Assembly (NCBI RefSeq): GCF_001735745.1
Contig: NZ_CP017260.1
Coordinates: 690,001 to 722,000 of the forward strand
Source: Formosa sp. Hel1_33_131
GTDB lineage: Bacteria; Bacteroidota; Bacteroidia; Flavobacteriales; Flavobacteriaceae
Reading direction: 5' to 3'
DNA: 32,000 nt
Shown: one piece after another, positions 8,606-17,296 of the stretch
Numbering within the stretch: the stretch's first letter is position 1
How the letters are laid out: each line of letters begins with the position of its first letter
Notes under the pieces: generated by a model
Told to the model about the DNA's origin: nothing
Database searches by the model: none
The model's input: only the letters and a program-made list of their open reading frames with translations
Program-made: the position numbers and the translations under genes

Positions 8606-8875
8606 ATGTATTTAACGAAAGAAGCTAAAGAGAAACTCTTTAAAAAACACGGAAAAGATGCCAAAGACACGGGATCTTCAGAAGGACAAATTGCACTATT
8701 CACAGAAAGAATCAATCACTTAACTGAGCATTTAAAACAAAATCGTAAAGATTACAACACAGAACGCTCATTAGTTAAACTAGTTGGAAAACGTCGCTCA
8801 TTATTAGACTACTTAATGAAGTCAGATATCTTGAGATATCGTGCGATCGTCAAAGAATTAGGATTAAGAAAATAA
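8606..8875 (+). CDS. rpsO: 30S ribosomal protein S15
   Basis: 89 aa; GSSEGQIALFTERINHLTEHLKQNRKDYNTERSLVKLVGKRRSLLDYL is the S15 signature. Confidence 0.97.
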   Translation: MYLTKEAKEKLFKKHGKDAKDTGSSEGQIALFTERINHLTEHLKQNRKDYNTERSLVKLVGKRRSLLDYLMKSDILRYRAIVKELGLRK

Positions 8876-8881
8876 GATTAC

Positions 8882-8907
8882 AAACCACGCTTTATGCGTG
8901 GTTTTTT
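8882..8907 (+). terminator. Rho-independent terminator after rpsO
   Basis: AACCACGC-TTTAT-GCGTGGTT followed by TTTT: a perfect 8-bp stem. Confidence 0.85.
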
Positions 8908-8962
8908 AAGTTTTAACACTTTTATAGTTCATAAATAATAGAAGAAGCTAATTAGAGTTTTT

Positions 8963-9003
8963 CATTGGTCACACCACACAACGACAACAACACAACACCA
9001 ATG
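8963..9003 (+). promoter_or_regulatory. pnp leader element: 7-bp stem (CATTGGT/ACCAATG) enclosing a T-free C/A tract
   Basis: Positions 8970-9001 are 32 nt containing no T and a single G (CACACCACACAACGACAACAACACAACACCAA). The tract is flanked by exact inverted 7-mers and ends 20 nt before the pnp ATG. Confidence 0.3.
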
Positions 9004-9023
9004 TTTAATTAGAACAAAAAATT

Positions 9024-11219
9024 ATGATACCAAAAGTATTTAAAGAGGTCATTGACCTCGGCGATGGAAGAGAAATCTCTATCGAAACGGGCAAGCTCGC
9101 AAAGCAAGCCCACGGATCCGTAGTCGTACAAATGGGGAAAGCCATGTTGTTATGTACTGTGGTCTCAAACTACAAACAATCGGATGTCAACTTTTTACCT
9201 TTAACGGTAGATTATCGCGAAAAATTTGCAGCAGCAGGTCGTTATCCAGGTGGATTCTTCAAAAGAGAAGCACGCCCTAGTGATGGAGAAGTTTTAACGA
9301 TGCGTTTAGTGGATCGTGTATTACGTCCATTATTCCCTAAAGATTACCACGCAGAAACACAAGTAATGATTCAGTTGATGTCTCATGACGAAGATGTGAT
9401 GCCCGATGCTCTTGCAGGTTTAGCGGCATCTGCAGCCATTCAATTAAGTGATTTCCCATTCGAATGTCCAATTTCTGAAGTACGTGTTGCTCGTGTAAAT
9501 GGTGAATTCGTAATCAACCCAAGCCGTGCACAATTGGTAGATTCTGATCTTGAAATGATGATCGGTGCCTCTGCAGATTCTGTGATGATGGTAGAAGGTG
9601 AAATGGATGAAGTTTCTGAAGAAGAAATGGCAGACGCTATTAAGTTTGCACATGAAGCTATTAAGATTCAAGTTGCTGCGCAAGTACGTCTTGCTGAAGC
9701 ATTTGGAAAGAAAGAAGTTCGTGAATATGATACTGCTGAAGTCAATGAAGACTTAGAGCAACGTATTCATGCTTTAGCGTATGACAAATGTTATGCGATT
9801 GCTAAAAAAGGAACTTCAAAAGCAGAACGTAGCACTGCATTTGCTGAAGTTAAAGAAGATGTGAAAGCTTCTTTTACTGAAGAAGAAAATGAAGAATTTG
9901 GTCACTTGGTTAGCGGATACTACAGTAAAGCTGAAAAAGAAGCCGTACGTGAATTAACACTGAGTGAAGGTGTTCGTTTGGATGGACGTCAAACAGATGA
10001 AATTAGACCAATTTGGTGTGAGATCGATTACTTACCTTCTACACACGGTTCTGCAATCTTCACACGTGGAGAAACGCAAGCATTAGCAACAGTAACTCTT
10101 GGAACTTCCAGAGATTCAAACAAAATTGATATGCCTTCTTATGAAGGTGAAGAGAATTTTTATTTACACTACAACTTCCCTCCTTTCTGTACGGGTGAAG
10201 CAAGACCTTTAAGAGGAACTTCGCGTCGTGAAGTAGGACATGGAAATCTTGCACAAAGAGGCTTAAAAGGAATGATCCCTGCGGATTGTCCTTATACCGT
10301 TCGTGTGGTTTCTGAAGTATTAGAATCAAACGGATCGTCTTCTATGGCAACTGTTTGTGCAGGTACAATGGCATTGATGGATGCAGGGGTTAAAATTGCA
10401 AGACCAGTATCTGGAATCGCGATGGGATTAATTTCTGACGGCGACCGCTATGCTGTATTATCTGATATTTTAGGGGATGAAGATCACTTAGGAGATATGG
10501 ATTTTAAAGTGACTGGTACTTCCGAAGGAATTACAGCCTGTCAAATGGATATTAAAATCAAAGGATTGCCTTACGAAATTCTTGTAAATGCTTTGAAACA
10601 AGCACGTGCAGGTCGTTTACATATTCTTGATAAAATAACAGAAACAATTGCTACTCCAGCGGAAGATGTGAAACCACACTCTCCAAAAATGGTAACAAGA
10701 GTGATTCCAAATGAATTTATTGGAGCACTTATTGGACCTGGTGGAAAAGTAATACAAGAACTTCAAAAAACAACAGGAACTACCATTGTAATCAATGAAG
10801 ATCCTGTAACAGAAGAAGGAATTGTTGAAATTCTTGGAACAGATCAAGATGGTATTGATGCTGTTTTAACAAAAATTGATTCCTTGATGTTCAAACCAAC
10901 TGTAGGAGAATCGTACCAAGTTAAAGTGATTAAAATGCTTGACTTTGGAGCGGTTGTAGAATATATGGATGCACCAGGAAACGAAGTGTTACTTCACGTA
11001 AGTGAGTTGGCATGGGAACGTACTGAAAACGTATCTGATGTTGTGAATATGGGTGATATTTTTGATGTGAAGTATTTTGGACAAGATCCAAGAACACGAA
11101 AAGAAAAAGTATCGCGTAAAGCTTTGTTAGAAAAACCAGAAGGGTATGTTGCAAGACCACCAAGAGATGATAAACGTTCTGGTGGACGTGACAATCGCGG
11201 ACGTGATAACAGACGCTAA
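9024..11219 (+). CDS. pnp: Polyribonucleotide nucleotidyltransferase (PNPase)
   Basis: Two RNase PH domains ([47 protein letters not shown]), a KH domain ([16 protein letters not shown]) and an S1 domain (FGAVVEY...LLHVSELA). It directly follows rpsO, as in many bacteria. Confidence 0.97.
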   Translation: MIPKVFKEVIDLGDGREISIETGKLAKQAHGSVVVQMGKAMLLCTVVSNYKQSDVNFLPLTVDYREKFAAAGRYPGGFFKREARPSDGEVLTMRLVDRVLRPLFPKDYHAETQVMIQLMSHDEDVMPDALAGLAASAAIQLSDFPFECPISEVRVARVNGEFVINPSRAQLVDSDLEMMIGASADSVMMVEGEMDEVSEEEMADAIKFAHEAIKIQVAAQVRLAEAFGKKEVREYDTAEVNEDLEQRIHALAYDKCYAIAKKGTSKAERSTAFAEVKEDVKASFTEEENEEFGHLVSGYYSKAEKEAVRELTLSEGVRLDGRQTDEIRPIWCEIDYLPSTHGSAIFTRGETQALATVTLGTSRDSNKIDMPSYEGEENFYLHYNFPPFCTGEARPLRGTSRREVGHGNLAQRGLKGMIPADCPYTVRVVSEVLESNGSSSMATVCAGTMALMDAGVKIARPVSGIAMGLISDGDRYAVLSDILGDEDHLGDMDFKVTGTSEGITACQMDIKIKGLPYEILVNALKQARAGRLHILDKITETIATPAEDVKPHSPKMVTRVIPNEFIGALIGPGGKVIQELQKTTGTTIVINEDPVTEEGIVEILGTDQDGIDAVLTKIDSLMFKPTVGESYQVKVIKMLDFGAVVEYMDAPGNEVLLHVSELAWERTENVSDVVNMGDIFDVKYFGQDPRTRKEKVSRKALLEKPEGYVARPPRDDKRSGGRDNRGRDNRR

Positions 11220-11248
11220 TACACATTAAGTTTTAACTTAATCAAATC

Positions 11249-11283
11249 AAAAAACCGTTTTTAATTTAAAAACGGTTTTTTTT
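11249..11283 (+). terminator. Rho-independent terminator after pnp
   Basis: AAAAAACCGTTTTT-AATTT-AAAAACGGTTTTTTTT: a long perfect stem with a T-run. Confidence 0.85.
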
Positions 11284-11357
11284 GTAACATTTAGTCTCTA
11301 ATGCACGTATAACCTAATGATACACCCATTAACCAATTTAAAAACAAATCCTTTTAA

Positions 11358-12221
11358 ATGAGACAGCTAAAAATTACCAAGCAGGTTACCAATAGAGAAA
11401 CTGCGTCCCTAGATAAATACCTTCAAGAAATTGGAAAAGTTGATTTAATTACAGCCGATGAAGAAGTAGAATTGGCACAGCGTATTAAAGCGGGGGATCA
11501 AATTGCTTTGGAGAAATTAACCAAAGCCAACTTACGTTTCGTTGTATCGGTTGCCAAGCAATATCAAAATCAAGGTTTGACGCTTCCCGATTTAATTAAT
11601 GAAGGAAATTTAGGATTGATCAAAGCCGCTCAACGTTTTGATGAAACGAGAGGATTTAAGTTTATCTCTTATGCGGTTTGGTGGATTCGTCAATCGATCT
11701 TACAAGCTTTAGCAGAACAGTCTCGTATTGTTCGTTTGCCTTTGAATAAAATTGGTTCGATCAATAAAATAAATAAAACCTATGCGTTTCTTGAGCAATC
11801 TCATGAACGTCCACCGAGTGCTGAAGAAATTGCGAAGGAATTAGACATGACGATTAACGATGTTAAGGAGTCTATGAAAAATTCTGGGCGTCACGTATCC
11901 ATGGATGCACCTTTAGTCGAAGGAGAGGATTCTAACTTATACGATGTATTGCGTAGTGGGGAGTCTCCAAATCCAGACAGAGACTTATTACATGAATCTT
12001 TACGTACGGAAATTGAACGTGCCTTAGAAACGCTTACTCCAAGAGAAGCGGATGTCATTCGATTGTATTTTGGACTCGGAAATCAACACCCTATGACTTT
12101 AGAAGAAATAGGCGAAACATTTGACCTGACTCGTGAACGTGTTCGTCAAATAAAAGAAAAAGCCATTCGTCGTTTGAAGCATACCTCGAGAAGTAAAATT
12201 TTAAAAACCTATTTAGGTTAA
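11358..12221 (+). CDS. rpoD: Primary RNA polymerase sigma factor (Bacteroidota sigma-A type, 287 aa)
   Basis: Regions 2-4 are present: [59 protein letters not shown]. It is short, with no region 1.1 or spacer, as known for Bacteroidota. Confidence 0.95.
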   Translation: MRQLKITKQVTNRETASLDKYLQEIGKVDLITADEEVELAQRIKAGDQIALEKLTKANLRFVVSVAKQYQNQGLTLPDLINEGNLGLIKAAQRFDETRGFKFISYAVWWIRQSILQALAEQSRIVRLPLNKIGSINKINKTYAFLEQSHERPPSAEEIAKELDMTINDVKESMKNSGRHVSMDAPLVEGEDSNLYDVLRSGESPNPDRDLLHESLRTEIERALETLTPREADVIRLYFGLGNQHPMTLEEIGETFDLTRERVRQIKEKAIRRLKHTSRSKILKTYLG

Positions 12222-12226
12222 TAACA

Positions 12227-12260
12227 AAACCCCTGCCAATTGGTAGGGGTTTATTTTTTA
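12227..12260 (+). terminator. Rho-independent terminator after rpoD
   Basis: AAACCCCTGCC-AATT-GGTAGGGGTTT followed by ATTTTTT. Confidence 0.8.
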
Positions 12261-12263
12261 TAT

Positions 12264-12271
12264 TATTTTTG
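12264..12271 (+). promoter_or_regulatory. Candidate -7 box TATTTTTG for rpe
   Basis: Exact TAnnTTTG match 19 nt upstream of the ATG at 12291, immediately after the rpoD terminator. Confidence 0.35.
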
Positions 12272-12290
12272 TAATTCAAATACCGAACAC

Positions 12291-12953
12291 ATGAGCACAA
12301 CCAAAATTGCACCTTCTATTTTAGCAGCCGACTTCGCCAACCTTCAAAGAGATATTGAAATGGTTAATTCTAGTGAAGCCGATTGGTTTCATATTGATAT
12401 TATGGACGGGGTATTTGTGCCCAACATTTCTTTTGGAATGCCCGTTTTAAAAGCGATTACACAACATGCTAAAAAAACCGTTGATGTGCATTTGATGATT
12501 GTGGATCCCGATCGTTATATCAAAACCTTTGCCGACTTAGGAAGTGATGTCCTCAGCGTGCATTACGAAGCCTGTACGCATCTTCACAGAACCCTTCAGG
12601 CAATCAAAGCAGAAGGCATGAAAGCTGGTGTGGCATTAAATCCACATACGAACATCAATGTTTTGGAAGACACGATTAATGATATTGACTTGGTATGCAT
12701 CATGAGTGTCAACCCTGGTTTTGGTGGTCAAAGTTTTATAGAGAATACATACGAAAAAGTAAAACAACTCAAAGCGCTTATTAAGGCAAAAGGGGCATCT
12801 ACCCTCATAGAAATTGATGGAGGCGTGACATCAGCGAATGCCAAAGCACTTAAAGACGCTGGCGCCGATGTATTAGTTGCTGGAAGTTTTGTATTTAAAA
12901 GCTCAGAACCTGCAAACACCATTAAAGCGTTAAAAGTATTGACAGCCTCATAG
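12291..12953 (+). CDS. rpe: Ribulose-phosphate 3-epimerase
   Basis: Contains IAPSILAADFANL, HIDIMDGVFVPNISFG, MSVNPGFGGQSF, IEIDGGV. The track ORF starts at a TTG (12240) inside the rpoD terminator, so the ATG at 12291 (MSTTKIAPS) is the sensible start. Confidence 0.93.
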   Translation: MSTTKIAPSILAADFANLQRDIEMVNSSEADWFHIDIMDGVFVPNISFGMPVLKAITQHAKKTVDVHLMIVDPDRYIKTFADLGSDVLSVHYEACTHLHRTLQAIKAEGMKAGVALNPHTNINVLEDTINDIDLVCIMSVNPGFGGQSFIENTYEKVKQLKALIKAKGASTLIEIDGGVTSANAKALKDAGADVLVAGSFVFKSSEPANTIKALKVLTAS

Positions 12954-12960
12954 TTTTCAG

Positions 12961-15297
12961 TTAACTGTCTATATCCCCGTATCCATAATTGTATCCATAG
13001 TTATAATTATACCCGTACGATCTATTTTCTTTCACACCATTAATAACGTAACTCATATTTATAAGACGTTTTGTTTTACTTAAATCTACAGAGAAAGGTA
13101 TTAACTTTCTGTCGGTATGATTCGCCCGAATGGCACATATAGTCGCATCGGCAAGGTGAGCTACCAATAAAGTATCCGTTACTAAAATGGTAGGCGCTAA
13201 ATCGACAATCACATAATCATAAACTAACTTGGCTTCTTTAATGAGGGTTTCAAAATTGCCATTGGCTAATAAATGAGCAGGATTGGGAGGAATCGCCCCA
13301 GAAAACAAAACTTCATGATTCGGTTGTTGTTCAAATACCTTCATGGTCATCGGTTTCCAGTCTAGTGTTGGATCTATTAAATAATTGGACAAGCCTGTTT
13401 GGTTTTTATTGATATTTGCGTAGGTATGTAATTGGGGATTTCTTAAATCCGCCCCTATCAATAAGACCTTTTTATTTAGACTCGCCATTGCAAGGGAAAA
13501 GTTTAAACTAATAAATGTCTTTCCTTCTCCTTTGACGGTAGAGGTACAAAAAACCACTTTTCCTCCCCCATCAGAAGGTAGGAAGAAATTCATGTTAGTG
13601 GTCAAAATTCGGAAGGATTCCGCTAAGACAGAACGGTCATTTGGGTTCGAGAATACCGTATTTGACCCACTTGTAATTTGCGGAATTTCTGCAATGACAG
13701 GAACGTCACTGGCCAGATTGTCAATATCAAGTTTATTATGAACTTTGGTGTCGAATAAAAAAATGACATAAATAATTCCGAAAGGCAGCAACAAACCTAA
13801 CAATAGAGCTCCCAAATATATCATTTGAGGCTTAGGGGATATCGGAGATCCATCAGAAATACTATACTCAACAACCTTTAAGGTAGGTTCTGTCACTCCT
13901 AAATTAACAGATGCTTCCTCTTTTTTTTGTAATAAAAAAATAAAGAGTTTTTCCTTAATGCTTTGTTGGCGTTCAATGGCTCGTAATTGTAGCTCTTTTT
14001 CTGGAATTCTAGATACCTTGGTTTGAAAAGTTTGGTTCCGGCGGCTCAATTGATCTTTTGTAAGGTTTAGTTGATTTACATAAGCAGAAATTGAGTTATT
14101 AATATTCATTTTAAAATCCTTTAAGTTCACCTCTAGCAACTGCACTGTAGGGTTGTTGACTCCTGCACTACTAATTAGTTTTTGACGGTCCAAGACCATT
14201 TTATTATAATCTTTAAGCAAAGCAATGATCGTTACGTTTTCAATTCCAATATTAGCGGGTAAAAGTTCATGAGTATTCGTAGATTTTGAAAGTGATTCTT
14301 TTACGAGGTTTGAAGTTGCGATTTGATTTTCAATTTGAAACAGCTGTTCATTCGATTGTGCCCGTTGTTGTAAACTTTCAATTCCATCTGTTGACACATC
14401 CACCAAGCGATGATCAATCTTATAATTCTTTTTATAACTTTCAATGGAGTCTAATTCCATGGATAAATTGATAAAACGTTCATCAACAAAATCAATGGTT
14501 CGTTTCCAAATCAATTGACGGTCCAAAATATCATCTAAATTGAATACATCAATTAGGGTATTTAAAATTCGCTCAGAATTTAAAACATTTTGCCCTACAA
14601 TACGTAAACTTAAGAGGTCGCTTTGCTCCCCTATTGGATCAATTTTAATTTTACTCTTCAAATTCAATATGGCCAATTTTTCTGGAACCAAAAGAATTTC
14701 AAAAGTTCTCTCCATTAGTTGACTTTTATTAAATTCAGAAGACCACTTTAAGTCAAACGGAAGTTGGTGCTCAGACTTGGTGGTATCAAATTCTGGAAAA
14801 CTGAATTCGAGCCCCCTATTTTCGTCCGTAATTTTAAACCCTAATTCTTCTACAGAAATAAAAAACTGAGTTGGTTCGGTAATACTATCAAGAGAACGGC
14901 TGAGTTCAAAATTAAATGGTAAATTGGCCAACGGTACCGATTTTACACGCCCTTTTTCGAAAAATTGAGCATATAACTCCAACCGATTTACAACACGGTT
15001 CAAGAGCGGATATGATGTTAATATTTCAATTTCATTTTCTAGATTAATACTGGATCTATTTAAGATTAACGCACTCGTTGGAAGTTCAAGGCCACTGTTT
15101 TCATCTAAAATTTTAATTTTAGCGTGGGTGTTATACACTTTAGGTGCATACCTGAGATAGATAAAACTACCTATTAGGAGCGTCACTAAACTACAAATAA
15201 ACCATGGCCAATAGCGGAGATATTTAAAAAACTCATATTTGATATTGAATTTGGAAGTGTCTTCCGTTTCAAAGGAAGTCTGAGGAGAAGCTTGCAT
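12961..15297 (-). CDS. wzc: Polysaccharide co-polymerase / tyrosine autokinase (Wzc-type, PCP-2a)
   Basis: 778 aa. It has an N-terminal TM segment plus a Wzz-like periplasmic coiled region, a second TM segment (LGALLLGLLLPFGIIYVIFLF), Walker A (TSTVKGEGKTFIS), Walker A'/B (YVIVDLAP) and a C-terminal Tyr cluster (YGYNYNYGYNYGYGDIDS). Confidence 0.92.
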   Translation of the reverse strand: MQASPQTSFETEDTSKFNIKYEFFKYLRYWPWFICSLVTLLIGSFIYLRYAPKVYNTHAKIKILDENSGLELPTSALILNRSSINLENEIEILTSYPLLNRVVNRLELYAQFFEKGRVKSVPLANLPFNFELSRSLDSITEPTQFFISVEELGFKITDENRGLEFSFPEFDTTKSEHQLPFDLKWSSEFNKSQLMERTFEILLVPEKLAILNLKSKIKIDPIGEQSDLLSLRIVGQNVLNSERILNTLIDVFNLDDILDRQLIWKRTIDFVDERFINLSMELDSIESYKKNYKIDHRLVDVSTDGIESLQQRAQSNEQLFQIENQIATSNLVKESLSKSTNTHELLPANIGIENVTIIALLKDYNKMVLDRQKLISSAGVNNPTVQLLEVNLKDFKMNINNSISAYVNQLNLTKDQLSRRNQTFQTKVSRIPEKELQLRAIERQQSIKEKLFIFLLQKKEEASVNLGVTEPTLKVVEYSISDGSPISPKPQMIYLGALLLGLLLPFGIIYVIFLFDTKVHNKLDIDNLASDVPVIAEIPQITSGSNTVFSNPNDRSVLAESFRILTTNMNFFLPSDGGGKVVFCTSTVKGEGKTFISLNFSLAMASLNKKVLLIGADLRNPQLHTYANINKNQTGLSNYLIDPTLDWKPMTMKVFEQQPNHEVLFSGAIPPNPAHLLANGNFETLIKEAKLVYDYVIVDLAPTILVTDTLLVAHLADATICAIRANHTDRKLIPFSVDLSKTKRLINMSYVINGVKENRSYGYNYNYGYNYGYGDIDS
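12979..13002. repeat. Two tandem 12-nt units (GTATCCATAATT / GTATCCATAGTT) encoding the Tyr-cluster tail of Wzc
   Basis: 11/12 identical adjacent units read directly from the sequence. A third degenerate unit follows (ATAATTATACCC). Confidence 0.7.
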
Positions 15298-15301
15298 ATA
15301 A

Positions 15302-16066
15302 TTAACGTGTTAAAAGAATAATAGAACTTAAAAGAACCGAAACTACAGTAATGGCGGTTCCGACATTGCCTACAAATCCAGCTGATTTTACCCTGGGGTT
15401 ATTGGGATCAATAATAATGACATCATTAGGATAAATATAATAACTATTGGAGTTCATCCAATCTGATGCTGTCAAATCAATATGAAAAATGGTGCGTTCT
15501 TGATCCATTTCTCTAATCAATTTAATGTTGTTTCTTTTACCGTTAATGGTTAAATCTCCCGCCAAACCAATGGCTTGAAGAAGGGTTAATTTAGATTCGG
15601 TGAAACTATAAGTCCCAGGACGCCCCACTTCGCCTAAAACAGTAAATTTAGCATTAAGTAGACGAACATTTACTACAGGATTGACAAGGTGACCTTCCAC
15701 TTCTAAACGTTGTTTAATGGTAGTAGCCAATTGAAAAGGGGTTTTATTTTGAACCGACAAAGTCCCTAGTTGTGGGAATTCAATAGTTAGGGTTTCGGAA
15801 ACCTCATACCCTTCAAGGCGCATTAACTCCAAATTAGAGACGCTTCCCTCAGAAGCAGTCGCTTTATTATAAGGAATGGCCGCTGATGGTTCTAAAGCAC
15901 TTACTGTAATTTTTAGAATGTCATTGGCTTGAATTGTAGGCGTTTCAAAATGTAATTCTGTATGGTTGGCTTGATCAATGTCTTGGACATAAAGAATGTC
16001 TTTTTTACTGCTACAGGATTGTATAAGTAAAAAAGCAATCAATAGTCTCAAAAATGTGGATTTCAT
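15302..16066 (-). CDS. wza: Outer-membrane polysaccharide export lipoprotein (Wza/OPX family)
   Basis: Lipobox LLIQSC-S, a Poly_export region (IQANDILKITV) and an SLBB-type segment (FTVLGEVGRPGTYSF...LLQAIGLAGD). It lies 4 nt upstream of wzc. Confidence 0.9.
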   Translation of the reverse strand: MKSTFLRLLIAFLLIQSCSSKKDILYVQDIDQANHTELHFETPTIQANDILKITVSALEPSAAIPYNKATASEGSVSNLELMRLEGYEVSETLTIEFPQLGTLSVQNKTPFQLATTIKQRLEVEGHLVNPVVNVRLLNAKFTVLGEVGRPGTYSFTESKLTLLQAIGLAGDLTINGKRNNIKLIREMDQERTIFHIDLTASDWMNSNSYYIYPNDVIIIDPNNPRVKSAGFVGNVGTAITVVSVLLSSIILLTR

Positions 16067-16084
16067 AATGTTATGTGTTAGGGA

Positions 16085-17296
16085 TTATTTTGGTAAAGTT
16101 TTAGTAATTACATCTAGCATGGTTCTTGCTAATTTATTTCTGTCAAATTGTTGGAGCATCTCATTACAGTTTAATTCAAAGTCTGGGGTTTTATAGGCTT
16201 GTATTTCCTCTAAAGCTTCAAGAAAAGAGGACTGGTTTTCTGGGATGTAACTCACACCAACATTGTAGTGTTCAATAAGTTCTTTTGCTTCCCCCTCGAC
16301 CCCTAAAAGAATTGGTTTGTACAACGCTATGTTTTCAAATATTTTAGAAGAAATTACTGTTTTGAATGTGTCAGAACGTTTTAAATTAACTAACGCAACA
16401 TCAGATAGATTGATGTATTTTGAGATTTCTTTCTTAGAAACGAATGGTAAAAAAGTGACATTTTGGAGGTTTAATCCCGCAGCAACATCCATTAGATGTT
16501 GTTTTTCTGAACCATCTCCTTGCAGTATAAAATGTATTTTAGGATCTTTAATCGTTTTTGCACAATTCAAAATGAAATCTAAGGCGTGAGCCATGCCATG
16601 AGTTCCTATGTATGAAACTATGAACTTTCCGGTTAGACGGAGGTTTTCAAGTAATTGAGTGTCTTTTTTGGAAGGCGAAAAGTTGGAGCGAATAACACCA
16701 TTTTTAATAATAAAAATCTTTGAAGAATCTACATTAAAAAACTGGATATACTTTTTAAATTGATCTGTTACTACTACAATTAAACTTGAAGACTGGTAAA
16801 GTTTTATTTCAATTTTCCTTAAAAACTTAAATGCCAAATCTTGACGTTTCATGGCTCCAACAGCTACAATAGATTCAGGCCATAGATCACGGACTTCCAT
16901 TACCCAAGGCTTTCGTTTTACAAAGGACAAACAACGAGCAGAAATCACAGTGAAAAACTGAGGACTTGTCCCTATTATCAGATCACATTTTTGAAAACAT
17001 CCCAACCAAAAAGACATAAAAGCATAGCTCATAAAATCAAAGATACGCTTAACAAAACCTGTATTCGGACACATATATGACCATACTCTAATCACATGAA
17101 TTCCATCAATAATTTCTTTTTGGTAAAGTTTATTTTGATAGCCTTTATAGATCTCTCCTTTTGGAAAATTAGGAAAACACGTAATAACGGTGACCTCAGC
17201 GCCTTGTTTCACCCATTCAGCACAATGCTCATAAGTTCGTGTTGCAGGGGCATTTACCTCAGGAGGAAAGTTATCTGTTAAAAATAAAATTCTCAT
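16085..17296 (-). CDS. Glycosyltransferase family 4, WbuB/WcaI-like
   Basis: N-terminus MRILFLTDNFPPEVNAPATRTYEHCAEWVKQGAEVTVIT... and C-terminal SSKIFENIALYKPILLGVEGEAKELI are typical of WbuB-type GT-B enzymes. The start overlaps the upstream stop (ATGA at 17293-17296). Confidence 0.8.
   Translation of the reverse strand: MRILFLTDNFPPEVNAPATRTYEHCAEWVKQGAEVTVITCFPNFPKGEIYKGYQNKLYQKEIIDGIHVIRVWSYMCPNTGFVKRIFDFMSYAFMSFWLGCFQKCDLIIGTSPQFFTVISARCLSFVKRKPWVMEVRDLWPESIVAVGAMKRQDLAFKFLRKIEIKLYQSSSLIVVVTDQFKKYIQFFNVDSSKIFIIKNGVIRSNFSPSKKDTQLLENLRLTGKFIVSYIGTHGMAHALDFILNCAKTIKDPKIHFILQGDGSEKQHLMDVAAGLNLQNVTFLPFVSKKEISKYINLSDVALVNLKRSDTFKTVISSKIFENIALYKPILLGVEGEAKELIEHYNVGVSYIPENQSSFLEALEEIQAYKTPDFELNCNEMLQQFDRNKLARTMLDVITKTLPK

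Noticed and set aside
9444-11226. Five minus-strand ORFs of 66-98 aa in the track (9444-9683, 10060-10329, 10617-10847, 10930-11226, 10994-11194).
   Set aside because: All lie antisense inside the strongly supported pnp gene. They have low-complexity Cys/His/Phe-rich translations with no recognisable motifs, so they are shadow ORFs.
12954-12969. 10-nt perfect palindrome CAGTTAACTG in the 7-nt gap region between the convergent rpe and wzc stops, considered as a bidirectional terminator.
   Set aside because: There is no loop and no flanking T/A runs, and the stem is too short and AT-rich for an intrinsic terminator. It may just reflect the two stop contexts.
13921-13928. T8 homopolymer (A8 on the coding strand, ...LQKKEEA...) inside wzc, plus A7/A8 runs elsewhere in the locus, considered as slipped-strand phase-variation switches.
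   Set aside because: Runs of 7-8 A/T are expected by chance in sequence this AT-rich. The frame is intact and there is no supporting population evidence.
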